DNA of 64,000 nt from Candidatus Poribacteria bacterium (GTDB lineage Bacteria; Poribacteria; WGA-4E; WGA-3G). Shown in pieces: positions 50,801 through 59,559 of the stretch. The position numbers and the translations under genes are program-made. Within the stretch, counting starts at the first letter, position 1; every line of letters begins with the position of its first letter. Location of the stretch: the NCBI GenBank assembly GCA_965242965.1, contig OZ251518.1, positions 3,552,001 through 3,616,000 of the forward strand. The letters run 5' to 3'. The notes beneath the pieces were generated by a model. That model had not been told where the DNA came from, did not search any database, and saw only the letters and a list, made by a program, of their open reading frames with translations.

Positions 50801-53211
50801 CCCGTTCCGCAGAAGGCAGGCCAGCGCGCCAATACGGGATTGTCCCTTTGATGGTGGATGCGGAACACAATCGGCTCTCCATCACGTTGGATGTTCCGGA
50901 AGAAGCGCGTCCGAATCGCGAGGTGGAGATACCTTTCCAAGTGAAAGGCGCGCTGCGGCAGTTTGATGTGTGCATCGCTGCAGTGGATGAGGGGATTCTC
51001 GCGCTGACCGGGTTTCAAACGCCGCAACCGCACGACTATTTCTATCGCCAACGGGGGTTGGAAACCCGCACGTTTGATGTGTATGGCGCGATTTTGCCGG
51101 AACTGCGCACCGGCGGCGATAGTCCGGCGGAAGAACGCGGGCGCGTGCGGCGGCTCAGCACAGCAAGTGTCATGCGCGTCAAACCGGTATCACTCTGGAC
51201 AGGGACGATGAAAACCGATGCACGCGGACGTGGCACGGCGCGGTTCACGTTGCCGCAATTCAATGGGACGTTGCGGCTGATGGCCGTCGCATACGCTGGC
51301 GCGGCGTATGGCGCAGCGGAGGCATCCCTCCGCGTCCGCGAACCGATTGTGCTGACACCGACGTTCCCGCGCTTCCTCGCCGGCGGCGACAAAATTCGCA
51401 TCCCGGTGACGCTTGCCAATGGCACTGGCACCGATGGCACGTTCACGCTGAAACTCACCGCATCCGGCGCGGTGCAACTCCTTGATAGCGGCGAACAACA
51501 GGTTTCTGTCGCGGCTGGCACGGAGGAACACGTCATGTTTGAGGCACGCGCGCACGATGCGATAGGTAGTGTCCTTTTCAACCTGTCCGCGGCAGGGAAT
51601 GGCGAGACGACGCAGCAGAAAGTTACGCTGCCGCTCCGTTCCGCAACGCCGCCTGTCACGCAGACTGGACAAGGTGTGGTGCATGCCGATACCCCAGTCG
51701 ATTTCATTTTTCCTGCCAATCTGCTGGCAGAATCGTCGGAGTTCTCACTGACGTTATCGCCGTTTCCAGCAGTGCAGTTCGCGGAGAGCCTACGGTATCT
51801 CATCGGTTACCCTTACGGGTGCGTGGAGCAAACGACGAGTCGTGTCTTCCCGCTCCTCTATTTTAGTGAATTGGTGGAGACGGTGGAACCGTCGCTCATT
51901 TCCCAATCAGGTAGCGTAGAGGCTTTCGTTCAAGCCGGCATCACGAAATTGGAGGGGATGCTGATGCCGAACCGTCAGTTTTCCTACTGGCCCGGCGGCA
52001 CATACGCGAACCCGTGGAGCAGTCTCTATGCGGCGCACTTCCTCGTTGAGGCACGGAAAGCGGGCTACACCGTGGCAGACAGGGTTTACACGGAAATGCT
52101 CATCGGCTTACGCGAGCAGGCGAAGTTGGCCACCGTGCGGAATGCCGAACCGACGGTGGCGGAACTCTCCCTTGCCGCTTACGCTTGTTATGTCCTCGCC
52201 GCCGCGGGGCATCCCGAAAAGGGCGCGATGCACTATCTGAAAGACCGCGGTGTAAGCAGGCTCAGCGATTACAGCCATTTTCAACTCGCCAGTGCGTTCG
52301 CGCTCAGCGGCGGCTTGGAGACAGCACTGTCCATGCTCCCCGTTTCCGTGTCGCCGCAGATAGCCAAACGCGAAACGGGTGGGACGCTCAACTCCCCTGT
52401 CCGGGAGCAAGCCATCATGCTGGATGTGCTGGCAGAAGTAAACGAACGTCATCCTGCTATCCCGACGCTCGTTCAGAATCTCGCCGAGATTGCTGAGACG
52501 AATGGAGACAGGTGGGGGACGACACAGGAGAACGCCTTCGCCTTCCTCGCGCTCGGCAAAATCATGCAGAAACAGCAGGCGCGCGACTACACCGGCACGC
52601 TGACGCTCAACGGCGAACATGTCGCTCATTTTGACGCGACAGAGAAACGTTACACCGCGTCCGCCTGGGATGGAGCGCAGGTGCAACTCAGCCTTGAAGG
52701 GAACGGCAGCTGCTATTACTATTGGAGCGCGTTCGGTATCCCGCGCGATTCGTTTATTGAGGAATATGCACGCGAACTGCAGGTGCGCCGCCGCTATTTT
52801 GATAAAGATGGCGAAGAACTCACGCACACCTTCCAGCACGGGGAACTCATTGTCGCCGAAATTGCTGTCAAGGCACTCACCGACTCCCTTGAAAACGTCG
52901 TTGTCGTGGACATGATACCGGCTGGGTTTGAGATTGAGAATCCGCGGCTGGAGTCACGCGCCGATATCCCTTGGATAAAAGCGGATGCCTTCAAACCGGA
53001 CTATGTGGACATCCGAGACGATAGGCTCATTTTCTTCGGCAATTTCCCGCGGCAGCGCGAACGGAAGTTCTATTACGCGCTCCGGGCTGTCACGCAAGGC
53101 GAATTTATCTTGCCGCCTGTCGCAGCGGAAGCGATGTATGACGGGACGAAGTCTGCCGTTGCCGGGAGTCGACGGATTGAAGTTCTGGGGACTTCACAAG
53201 GCGTGCGATGA
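47806..53211 (+). CDS. yfhM: Bacterial alpha-2-macroglobulin
   Basis: ITDLG, YRPGE, VEEF, AAVDEG, thioester YPYGCVEQ, WGTTQE, DIRDDR, EAMY; start MVAKL. Confidence 0.95.
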   Translation: MVAKLSKKVLISVIGLLVLIIVAGVFYIVRENSSAKTRYSVTAFTPQGDVPQWVDFSWTFSEPIVDNAGIGTEVPQQAIRWTPAVDGKGRWVARDKIGFFLESPLAPSARYTVALSSRLSQSDSFILTGQQRFEFATRRFEVTDTTLRFRYNPDDKQKAKAVGTIDFNYPVNIADLKAHLSIQFNGDTEIPYSLLTETSTARTVTLETEEVERGREDRVLTLRIQKDFKCTGGKLGLAAASVTSVVLSGSGTLGITYCDVEEYGGSPYLALRFSTDIPAHVVEPYLQIAPNPGNTQLITRYGEIQIHGDFKRRTTYTLTVQEGLTAQDGSVLKKPYTTRLTIPDVPPTIRLLGSQSGGAGFVAREGTLNLGVATINVNQLEVDIEKVFANNLIYLAKIESWRRWSSRYLGTPVHQAVLPVDARVNEEVTTRLSLREVVSDEPGVFKIVVRDANDRWVIAHQWVLITDLGILVKHIGDALYVWVKSIETHDGVAGARVTLISDNNQTLLTGKTNWAGFIKFTEVAQQTEGFVPLLITVAKGDDLGFVQLDRHENATADFNVAGPPYLETGYEAFLWTSRGVYRPGETVELAGIVRGAQHVVPRPLPARVEVLAPDGRILREARIQTSTSGGCEVRIDIPAYAQTGGYLAKLRIAEKEVGRTRFQVEEFMPDRMKVTVTTDKPTYTLGDAVDVEVTAVNLFGPPAAERQVEATCELTAMPLTFADWEGVTFGQTLDQAQQDVFRVQRIALGEAKTDEEGKARYPWQVPEMQRPPVRLQGVLTATVREVGGRAVTASHRIDIHPYSHTAGLRLASLAREQVDVEVIAVDATGRSTAGRALTLTLHKVLWNTLLRQSGDGAYGYVSEAETTAVEQRALTSTAEITRVTFTPPGAGDYRVSVTDDVSGARTELAFSVDGEEIAGTRREGGLSMTLDKPTYRPGQTAKLRIQAPFPGTLLLTVEREKLLSYRTITMETSTATVGIPVARRYAPNVYLSATLIRDARSAEGRPARQYGIVPLMVDAEHNRLSITLDVPEEARPNREVEIPFQVKGALRQFDVCIAAVDEGILALTGFQTPQPHDYFYRQRGLETRTFDVYGAILPELRTGGDSPAEERGRVRRLSTASVMRVKPVSLWTGTMKTDARGRGTARFTLPQFNGTLRLMAVAYAGAAYGAAEASLRVREPIVLTPTFPRFLAGGDKIRIPVTLANGTGTDGTFTLKLTASGAVQLLDSGEQQVSVAAGTEEHVMFEARAHDAIGSVLFNLSAAGNGETTQQKVTLPLRSATPPVTQTGQGVVHADTPVDFIFPANLLAESSEFSLTLSPFPAVQFAESLRYLIGYPYGCVEQTTSRVFPLLYFSELVETVEPSLISQSGSVEAFVQAGITKLEGMLMPNRQFSYWPGGTYANPWSSLYAAHFLVEARKAGYTVADRVYTEMLIGLREQAKLATVRNAEPTVAELSLAAYACYVLAAAGHPEKGAMHYLKDRGVSRLSDYSHFQLASAFALSGGLETALSMLPVSVSPQIAKRETGGTLNSPVREQAIMLDVLAEVNERHPAIPTLVQNLAEIAETNGDRWGTTQENAFAFLALGKIMQKQQARDYTGTLTLNGEHVAHFDATEKRYTASAWDGAQVQLSLEGNGSCYYYWSAFGIPRDSFIEEYARELQVRRRYFDKDGEELTHTFQHGELIVAEIAVKALTDSLENVVVVDMIPAGFEIENPRLESRADIPWIKADAFKPDYVDIRDDRLIFFGNFPRQRERKFYYALRAVTQGEFILPPVAAEAMYDGTKSAVAGSRRIEVLGTSQGVR

Positions 53212-53227
53212 ACCGAAACCTATCTGA

Positions 53228-55597
53228 ATGCATCTGAGGCGTGTCATGAATTGGAAAAGACGCATTGGCGTAGTTGTAGCGGTAGGTATCGGCGCACCCG
53301 TGTTGCTGTTCGTGCTTTTGAATATCTGCTTCCCGCTGCCGACACAGCGACTCCATCCTTCTCCCTCACCTATTGTTTTGGACAGAAACGGCGAGTGGCT
53401 CCGCGCGTTTTTGACACCGACGGGGATGTGGCGGATGCCGGAACCCGATATCTCCCGCGTTTCGCCGCTGCTGATAGCCGCGGCGTTAGCGGTGGAAGAT
53501 AGATGGTTTCATTATCACTGCGGTATCAACCCGTTTTCGCTGGCCGGTGCGGCGTATGACAATCTGCGCGCCGGGGAGGTGGTGCGCGGCGGTTCTACCG
53601 TGACGATGCAGCTCGCGCGATTGATGGAGCCGAAAGCGCGCACACTGCCGAATAAATGCGTTGAGATGTTCCGCGCCCTACAATTAGAACTCGCCTATTC
53701 TAAATCCGACATTTTAACATTTTACTTCAACATGCTTCCCTACGGCGGGAACATCGTCGGCTCAGCGGCTGCGGCGCGGCTCTATTTTAACAAACCGCAG
53801 CATGCACTGAGCCTCGCCGAAGCCGCCCTCCTCGCTAGCATCCCCAATTCACCGGAACGGTTACGTCCCGATAGATATCCCGCACGGGCACAAGCTGCGC
53901 GAGATAAGGTGCTGAAACTGCTCCTTGCACGCCGACAGATTTCGCAAAGTCAGTGGCAGGAAGCACTGCAGGAACCAATCCCGACGCAGCGGTATCCGAT
54001 GCCTTTCAAAGCACCGCATCTCGCGCGGTGGTTGACGAAATCGCGGGACAGCAGGGGCGCGCAAGGAAGAATCTGGACGACGATTGACAGGCACACCCAA
54101 GATACTGCAGTGCGCCTACTGCGGGATTCCCTTGAAGCGCAGCCGCATATTTCCACAGGTGCAGTGGTAGTGATGGATACGAAAAGCCTCGAGGTCCTCG
54201 CATTTGTCGGTTCTCATGATTTTTTTGACAAGGCGGCGTTAGGACAAGTCAACGGCGCGCTCGCACCCCGCTCACCTGGCTCCGCGCTGAAACCTTTTGT
54301 CTACGCGCTAGCCATTGATACGGGGGTAATCACACCGGAAACGCTCCTCTTTGATGTGCCTGTATCCTACCGTGGCTATCGGCCGGTAAATTACGATGGA
54401 ACTTACAGCGGCTATGCTACTGCGCGCGAAGCATTGGCGCGTTCGCTTAATATACCAGCGGTGCATCTCGCCGCACAGGTGCAACCGCTTGCGGGATTTC
54501 TCAAGCAGGCTGGCATCTCAACGTTATCGAATTCAAGGCGGTATGGACTCTCTATGGTGCTCGGCGGATGTGAGGTGAATCTGTTGGAGTTGACGACGCT
54601 CTATGCCGGGCTGGCGAACATGGGGGAATTCGCGCCGTATCGGGTGAGACAGCGAGGGACAGGCCCTCGCGCGACGGGACTGGAAGAGTCTTCCTGGCGT
54701 TTGTTGCGGCCCGAAACGTGTTACGTGGTGCTGGAGATGCTAACGACACTAGAACGTCCAGAGCTCCCGAAGGCTTCTTTTGACAGAACGGTGAACCTAC
54801 CCAAAATTGCATGGAAAACCGGGACATCTTACGGGCATCGGGATGCATGGAGCATTGGAACGTCACCGGAACTGACGATAGGGGTGTGGCTTGGCGATTT
54901 CCGTGGAATAGGCACACCGAATCTCAGTGGGGCTGAAGCCGCAGCGCCGATACTCTTCCGACTCTTCACGGCACTGACTGCCGAAAAAACGCGCCGATGG
55001 TTTCCGAAACCGATGACGGGACTCCGAGAACGACAGGTGTGCGCGCTGAGTGGACAGCCTGTCTCACCGCACTGCCCCGCGCAAAAAACCGATGTCTATC
55101 TGCCAGGGATTTCCACTGTCACTGCCTGTTCGCTTCACACGCAGATTTGGGTGGATAAGGCGACAGGGTATAGTGTTTGTGCGCAGTGTATCACGCCGAA
55201 TCAGGAAGAACGGGGGAATTATGAAAAACGGGTGCTGACAGAATGGCCCGCCGAAGCAGCAACGTGGCTGGCAGAAAACGGGTTTGCGGTGCCAGTCTTT
55301 CCTCGGCATAATCCTGACTGCACCGCGCCGCGGCCCGGCGATGCACCGAGTATCCTATCGCCAGAAGAGGATACCGTCTATACCCTCCGCCCAGGCGTTC
55401 CCCTGGAATATCAGAAAATTCGGTTTTCTGCCTCAATTTCTAATCGGACACAGGAGTTGTTCTGGTTTCTTGATGGCGAGTTGGTATCAACTGCACCGAC
55501 GTTTTTTCTCACACCTATCGCGGGCAGGCACACGGTGACGTGTGTTGATGGAGAGGGCCGCTCAGTGAGCCGCCCTCTTATCATCAAAACTTGGTAG
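53228..55597 (+). CDS. pbpC: Penicillin-binding protein 1C
   Basis: EDRWF, GGSTVTMQLAR, SPGSALKP, SLN, KTGT; follows the A2M gene as usual. Confidence 0.95.
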   Translation: MHLRRVMNWKRRIGVVVAVGIGAPVLLFVLLNICFPLPTQRLHPSPSPIVLDRNGEWLRAFLTPTGMWRMPEPDISRVSPLLIAAALAVEDRWFHYHCGINPFSLAGAAYDNLRAGEVVRGGSTVTMQLARLMEPKARTLPNKCVEMFRALQLELAYSKSDILTFYFNMLPYGGNIVGSAAAARLYFNKPQHALSLAEAALLASIPNSPERLRPDRYPARAQAARDKVLKLLLARRQISQSQWQEALQEPIPTQRYPMPFKAPHLARWLTKSRDSRGAQGRIWTTIDRHTQDTAVRLLRDSLEAQPHISTGAVVVMDTKSLEVLAFVGSHDFFDKAALGQVNGALAPRSPGSALKPFVYALAIDTGVITPETLLFDVPVSYRGYRPVNYDGTYSGYATAREALARSLNIPAVHLAAQVQPLAGFLKQAGISTLSNSRRYGLSMVLGGCEVNLLELTTLYAGLANMGEFAPYRVRQRGTGPRATGLEESSWRLLRPETCYVVLEMLTTLERPELPKASFDRTVNLPKIAWKTGTSYGHRDAWSIGTSPELTIGVWLGDFRGIGTPNLSGAEAAAPILFRLFTALTAEKTRRWFPKPMTGLRERQVCALSGQPVSPHCPAQKTDVYLPGISTVTACSLHTQIWVDKATGYSVCAQCITPNQEERGNYEKRVLTEWPAEAATWLAENGFAVPVFPRHNPDCTAPRPGDAPSILSPEEDTVYTLRPGVPLEYQKIRFSASISNRTQELFWFLDGELVSTAPTFFLTPIAGRHTVTCVDGEGRSVSRPLIIKTW

Positions 55598-55672
55598 GCG
55601 GTATTTCCTGTGAACTGTTTGCGATCAGGCGATCGCAAACTACAGAAGTAGGTGGTATTTCCTGGTGCCTAT

Positions 55673-55808
55673 TCAGTAGGAGGGACATCCTTGTCCCGAT
55701 AGTGTTGCTCAGTAGGAGGGACATCCTTGTCCCGATAGTGTTGCTCAGTAGGAGGGACATCCTTGTCCCGATAGTGTTGCTCAGTAGGAGGGACATCCTT
55801 GTCCCGAT
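55673..55808 (+). repeat. 36-bp tandem repeat (about 3.8 copies) built on a GTAG hairpin, inside a REP mosaic (55600-56005)
   Basis: Unit TCAGTAGGAGGGACATCCTTGTCCCGATAGTGTTGC, identical copies. Confidence 0.9.
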
Positions 55809-56008
55809 ATTGACGCATCGAGACCGGGAGGTCTCTCCTACCCCGTGCCGATAGTGCTGCATCGAGACCAGGAGGTCTCTCCTACTCAACAAACGCATCG
55901 AGACCGGGAGGTCTCTCCTACCCCGTGCCGATGCTGCATCGAGACCGGGATGTCTCTCCTACCGGCAATTCAAGACACTCGCGCCCAGGATGTCTCTCCT
56001 ACTGCATA

Positions 56009-56761
56009 TTACAGCGACTTCAACCGGCCCCATGTCGTCGTCACTTTCCCCTGGGCCTTGACAGCGAGAGCCGTCTCCATGTTCGCCTTGACTTCTTCTG
56101 CGGTGAGCGCGACGCTCCAGATTTTGAATTCGTCTATCACGCCGTTGAAGAAGTTGGCGTTGCCTTGATTCGCGGCGATGGACATGCCTTGCACGCCGAA
56201 GTCCATACGCGCATCACCACCGGACTTCGCCTCGCCATCCACTTCGCCGTTGATATACATCACCGCATTGCTCTTGTCCTGCGTGCCGACGAAGTAGTGC
56301 CATTCGGGTTCAAACCCGATTTTCTCGGTAAGTGCCTCTAACTCCGCGCCTTGCGTCGCAAAGTAGAAACCGAAAAGCACGCCACCCCGGTTGAAGGTAA
56401 TATGCGGCCGTCCACCTCCCGTAAGACGATAAAGCAGGTCGATGCGGTTGCCGCCTTCGATCTTCTCGTCCGGTTTAAACCAGAATTCAATCGTCATCTC
56501 CTTTGGTTCGTCAATCCCCAACGGGTCTAAGTTGACGCTGCCGTTGTCAAAATGGAGTGCTTGGCCGACGACACCTTCCACCCAATCGGCGTTTTTGATG
56601 TCACCGGTGAAACCGTGCGGTCCGGTATCTTCCGCTTTGTTCCCCTTTCCTTCGTCAAATGGGAAATAGAGGAGGATGTCTGTCGCTGGATCTGCGGCGT
56701 GTGCATGTGTGAAGCACAGCAGGAACGCTGCAGCGGTAAATAAAAAAAGAATTTTTGTCAT
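56009..56761 (-). CDS. Secreted LamG-domain protein with KVTTTW tail
   Basis: YFPFDEG, MTIEFW, WHYF, YINGE, FNGVIDEFKIW; tail AVKAQGKVTTTWGRLK. Confidence 0.88.
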   Translation of the reverse strand: MTKILFLFTAAAFLLCFTHAHAADPATDILLYFPFDEGKGNKAEDTGPHGFTGDIKNADWVEGVVGQALHFDNGSVNLDPLGIDEPKEMTIEFWFKPDEKIEGGNRIDLLYRLTGGGRPHITFNRGGVLFGFYFATQGAELEALTEKIGFEPEWHYFVGTQDKSNAVMYINGEVDGEAKSGGDARMDFGVQGMSIAANQGNANFFNGVIDEFKIWSVALTAEEVKANMETALAVKAQGKVTTTWGRLKSL

Positions 56762-57021
56762 GAGTAACTCCTATAAACATGTCGGATCTAACGGTAATGT
56801 TATACCCGATTCAGTTGATTTTTCTTGGGGCTGTCATCCCCAGTTTTTGTGCTTGCCCGAGCTCCACCGGGCAAGAGTGTTCTCCCCTGAATAGGCAAGA
56901 TCAGGCGATCTTGCCCTACAGAGGGGCTCGTTTGAGCTCCACCGAGTAAGAGGGTTCTCCTGCTCGCGATGCCTGCATCGAGACCGGGAGGGCTCGCCTA
57001 CTGGGCAGTTTGCGCGCATTC

Positions 57022-57858
57022 TCACCGATGCGCGGTTTTCAACTGTCCCCACGTTGTGGTTAACTTCGCAGTCGGTTCGACCGATAGCACTTCAGGGACA
57101 TAATAGTTCACAATAAATTCGCCTATGATTGCACCCCATGAAACCCCGGGATGGGGTATATCGCCGACGTAAGCCTGCACAAAGATGCCGAGGCGGCCTC
57201 CGGTTTCTTCGTTGATGATGACACCGGGTTCAACCCTCGGGTCTTCGTCGTTATTCTCGGCGAGCGCGATGTCGAGTTTCCACGCGGTCTTCGCATAATC
57301 GTCGAGGTGGAACGGATACGAGGTGTTATACTTCTTGAGGCTCGGCACATACTTTTTGCCTTCAGCGGTGGGTGTCATCTCCACCGGATTTTCTTGCCAG
57401 TTGTCGCCTTTGCCGTGCCAGACGAAGGCGTTCGGGACATCAATGATGTTCTGCAAGCCTTGTGCCCCGTTGGTTTCGGCGGGGCCTTCAGACGTATAAA
57501 AAGTATACTCGCCGGTGTTGAAAATCGTGTTGCCGGCATCGAGGAATTCTTCCAGAAGCGAACCGTCGGGTTTGGCGTTCCCGGCCGGATAAATCGTCGA
57601 CGGCGTGATACCGGTGAGGATCAGCGTGTTTCCGCCGCCTTCGGTATGTTCCTCTACCCATTTCGCTAGTTCATCAATATCCCCCGGGTCGAACACCTCA
57701 AGGGCTTGTCCATCAAGGATTTTGATGAGCGTGTCGATTTCCTTTTGCGCGCCTTTCGCGTCTTCGCGTGCCCACGGATGCGAGTCTGTGTGCAACGCGA
57801 AGTCAAATCCTGTGGATAGGACGACAAATAGGAAAAGTAGGCTCAGTTTTCTAATCAT
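57022..57858 (-). CDS. Secreted hypothetical protein with KLTTTW tail
   Basis: Signal peptide MIRKLS...; tail SVEPTAKLTTTWGQLK; GAGG RBS. Confidence 0.8.
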   Translation of the reverse strand: MIRKLSLLFLFVVLSTGFDFALHTDSHPWAREDAKGAQKEIDTLIKILDGQALEVFDPGDIDELAKWVEEHTEGGGNTLILTGITPSTIYPAGNAKPDGSLLEEFLDAGNTIFNTGEYTFYTSEGPAETNGAQGLQNIIDVPNAFVWHGKGDNWQENPVEMTPTAEGKKYVPSLKKYNTSYPFHLDDYAKTAWKLDIALAENNDEDPRVEPGVIINEETGGRLGIFVQAYVGDIPHPGVSWGAIIGEFIVNYYVPEVLSVEPTAKLTTTWGQLKTAHR

Positions 57859-57951
57859 CTTCGTCACCTCTAAAAAGGGGGATGTGAACCACACATCCCC
57901 TCTCCTTACGATATGCCGGGCGGGTATGAACGAATCCGCCCGGACAGAATC

Positions 57952-58617
57952 TCATCGGTTTTTCAAGGCACTCCATGTGACAGCCAGTTTTCCGGCTGGT
58001 TCTACGGCAGTTGGCGGAATCCCGGGTCCGTTGATTTCAACGTATTCATAAAGCACGGTTGAATCCCTGCCGCCGAGCCCGGGGCGGCCTTCGGCGTAAG
58101 TTTTATCGTCTTGTTCCACCATCAGTTTCCCATCGATGTAGGTTCTGAGGGTTTGTCCTTCGGTTTCAAAGACAATCGTGTAAGCGTCGCCGCCTTTGGT
58201 ATCTTTCGAGTCCGGGCGTTGCGGCCGCGGTCCGCCCGTAATTTCAACCGCATTCCCGCCTTCAAACATGAACAGCGAGGTAGTATGCGAGTTGTAGCTG
58301 ATTTCCATGAAATAGAAATCGACGTTGGGTTCTTGCGTCCGAACAAACAGATGGAAGTAGGGGCCCACCAATTTTCGGGCTCGGACTTCCATGCGATAAT
58401 CTGTCCAGTTGTCTTCGCCGAAGTAGATGCCGGAGTTTTGTCCGCCGCCGACGGTGAGCTCAAGCGCGCCATCTTTCACCTTGGCAGTAGCCTGCGGGCC
58501 CAGTTCCCAATCGGCGATTTCCTTGTCACTGTCGAATTCGTAGCGAATTGCTTGTGCGGTGTGCGCCATCAGGATGATGAGGCATCCGCAAATCCATAGG
58601 CAAGTATTGGTTTTCAT
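57952..58617 (-). CDS. Secreted DUF1080-like (concanavalin fold) protein with KLAVTW tail
   Basis: Start MKTNTC after GGAGG; WTDYRMEV, YIDGK, GRPGL; tail AVEPAGKLAVTWSALK. Confidence 0.75.
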   Translation of the reverse strand: MKTNTCLWICGCLIILMAHTAQAIRYEFDSDKEIADWELGPQATAKVKDGALELTVGGGQNSGIYFGEDNWTDYRMEVRARKLVGPYFHLFVRTQEPNVDFYFMEISYNSHTTSLFMFEGGNAVEITGGPRPQRPDSKDTKGGDAYTIVFETEGQTLRTYIDGKLMVEQDDKTYAEGRPGLGGRDSTVLYEYVEINGPGIPPTAVEPAGKLAVTWSALKNR

Positions 58618-58724
58618 CGCAAATCCTCCTCCGTGAAAAAATGCTGTTTCAGCGCGATATTGATACGTGAGTCTATCAAAAAACGCGATTGATGTCAAGA
58701 TTAAATTGCTGCGTTTGCATCTAT

Positions 58725-59093
58725 TTATCGATTCCGTAGTGCCGCTATCATCAGACATGCCCATCCCGCCATGAATGCCAAACCGCCGATGGGCGTAATC
58801 GCCCCAAGCCAGCGGATACCGGTGAGACTCAGCACGTAGAGACTGCCTGAGAAAATCAGGATGCCAGCGATAAAGCACCATCCTGATGCGGATGTGAGTG
58901 GGGTATCCCATTGCGTTGCTGCCCATGCGGCGGCGATGAGCGCGAGGCTATGATACATCTGATAACGGACTGCGACTTCAAACGTCTCCAGCATTTGGGG
59001 GGACAGCGTGTTACGCAGCGCGTGCGCGCCGAACGCACCGAAAACAACGGCGAGTAGCGCGAAGCCTGCACCGAATGCAAAGAAAAGGCTCAT
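58725..59093 (-). CDS. DUF423 membrane protein
   Basis: GAFGAH, YQMYH, FSGSLY, GAITPIGG. Confidence 0.92.
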   Translation of the reverse strand: MSLFFAFGAGFALLAVVFGAFGAHALRNTLSPQMLETFEVAVRYQMYHSLALIAAAWAATQWDTPLTSASGWCFIAGILIFSGSLYVLSLTGIRWLGAITPIGGLAFMAGWACLMIAALRNR

Positions 59094-59154
59094 TTTTTCT
59101 CCTCCTGTAAATATAAGCACCTGATGGCATTTTAGCGTTGGGAGTCTGTCAAAT

Positions 59155-59446
59155 TAACCGAGGGGATTTCATATCTCGATGGCTTCCCCGTAGGCGAGTC
59201 CTCCCGGTCTCGATGCCCTCTTGGTAGGCGAGTCCTCCCGGTCTCGATTTTTTCCGCCCGGTCTTGATGCTGCCAGACGTTAGGTGCTCGCAAACTTGAG
59301 TGGTGGGCCTCTCCTACCGGAAGACATCGGTTCCACCTCTGTAGTTCGGGATCGCCCGATCCCGAACGGATCAGGATCAGGCGATCCTGATCTACAGGGG
59401 GGATGCGGGCTGACAGCCAAACGCATGGCGAGGGACAGGCCCTCGC
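59155..59446. repeat. REP mosaic starting with a degenerate terminal motif
   Basis: TTAACCGAGGGGATTTCATATCTCGA at about 59154, then GTAG hairpins. Confidence 0.8.
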
Positions 59447-59559
59447 ATGCGTCTATTATACCTTAAATCGGTGGCATTTACCAAAAAATCTTGACATTTT
59501 CGTCAAACTTTGCTAAAATAGATTTAGTCTAACAGCAAAAGGAGAAATTTTTAACCCGC

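Noticed and set aside
47806-55597. Alpha-2-macroglobulin + PBP1C as a novel system
   Set aside because: This is a well-described conserved gene pair (yfhM-pbpC).
55673-55808. Possible CRISPR array (36-bp period, palindromic unit)
   Set aside because: Units are contiguous and identical with no unique spacers, and no cas genes are present; it is a tandem REP repeat.
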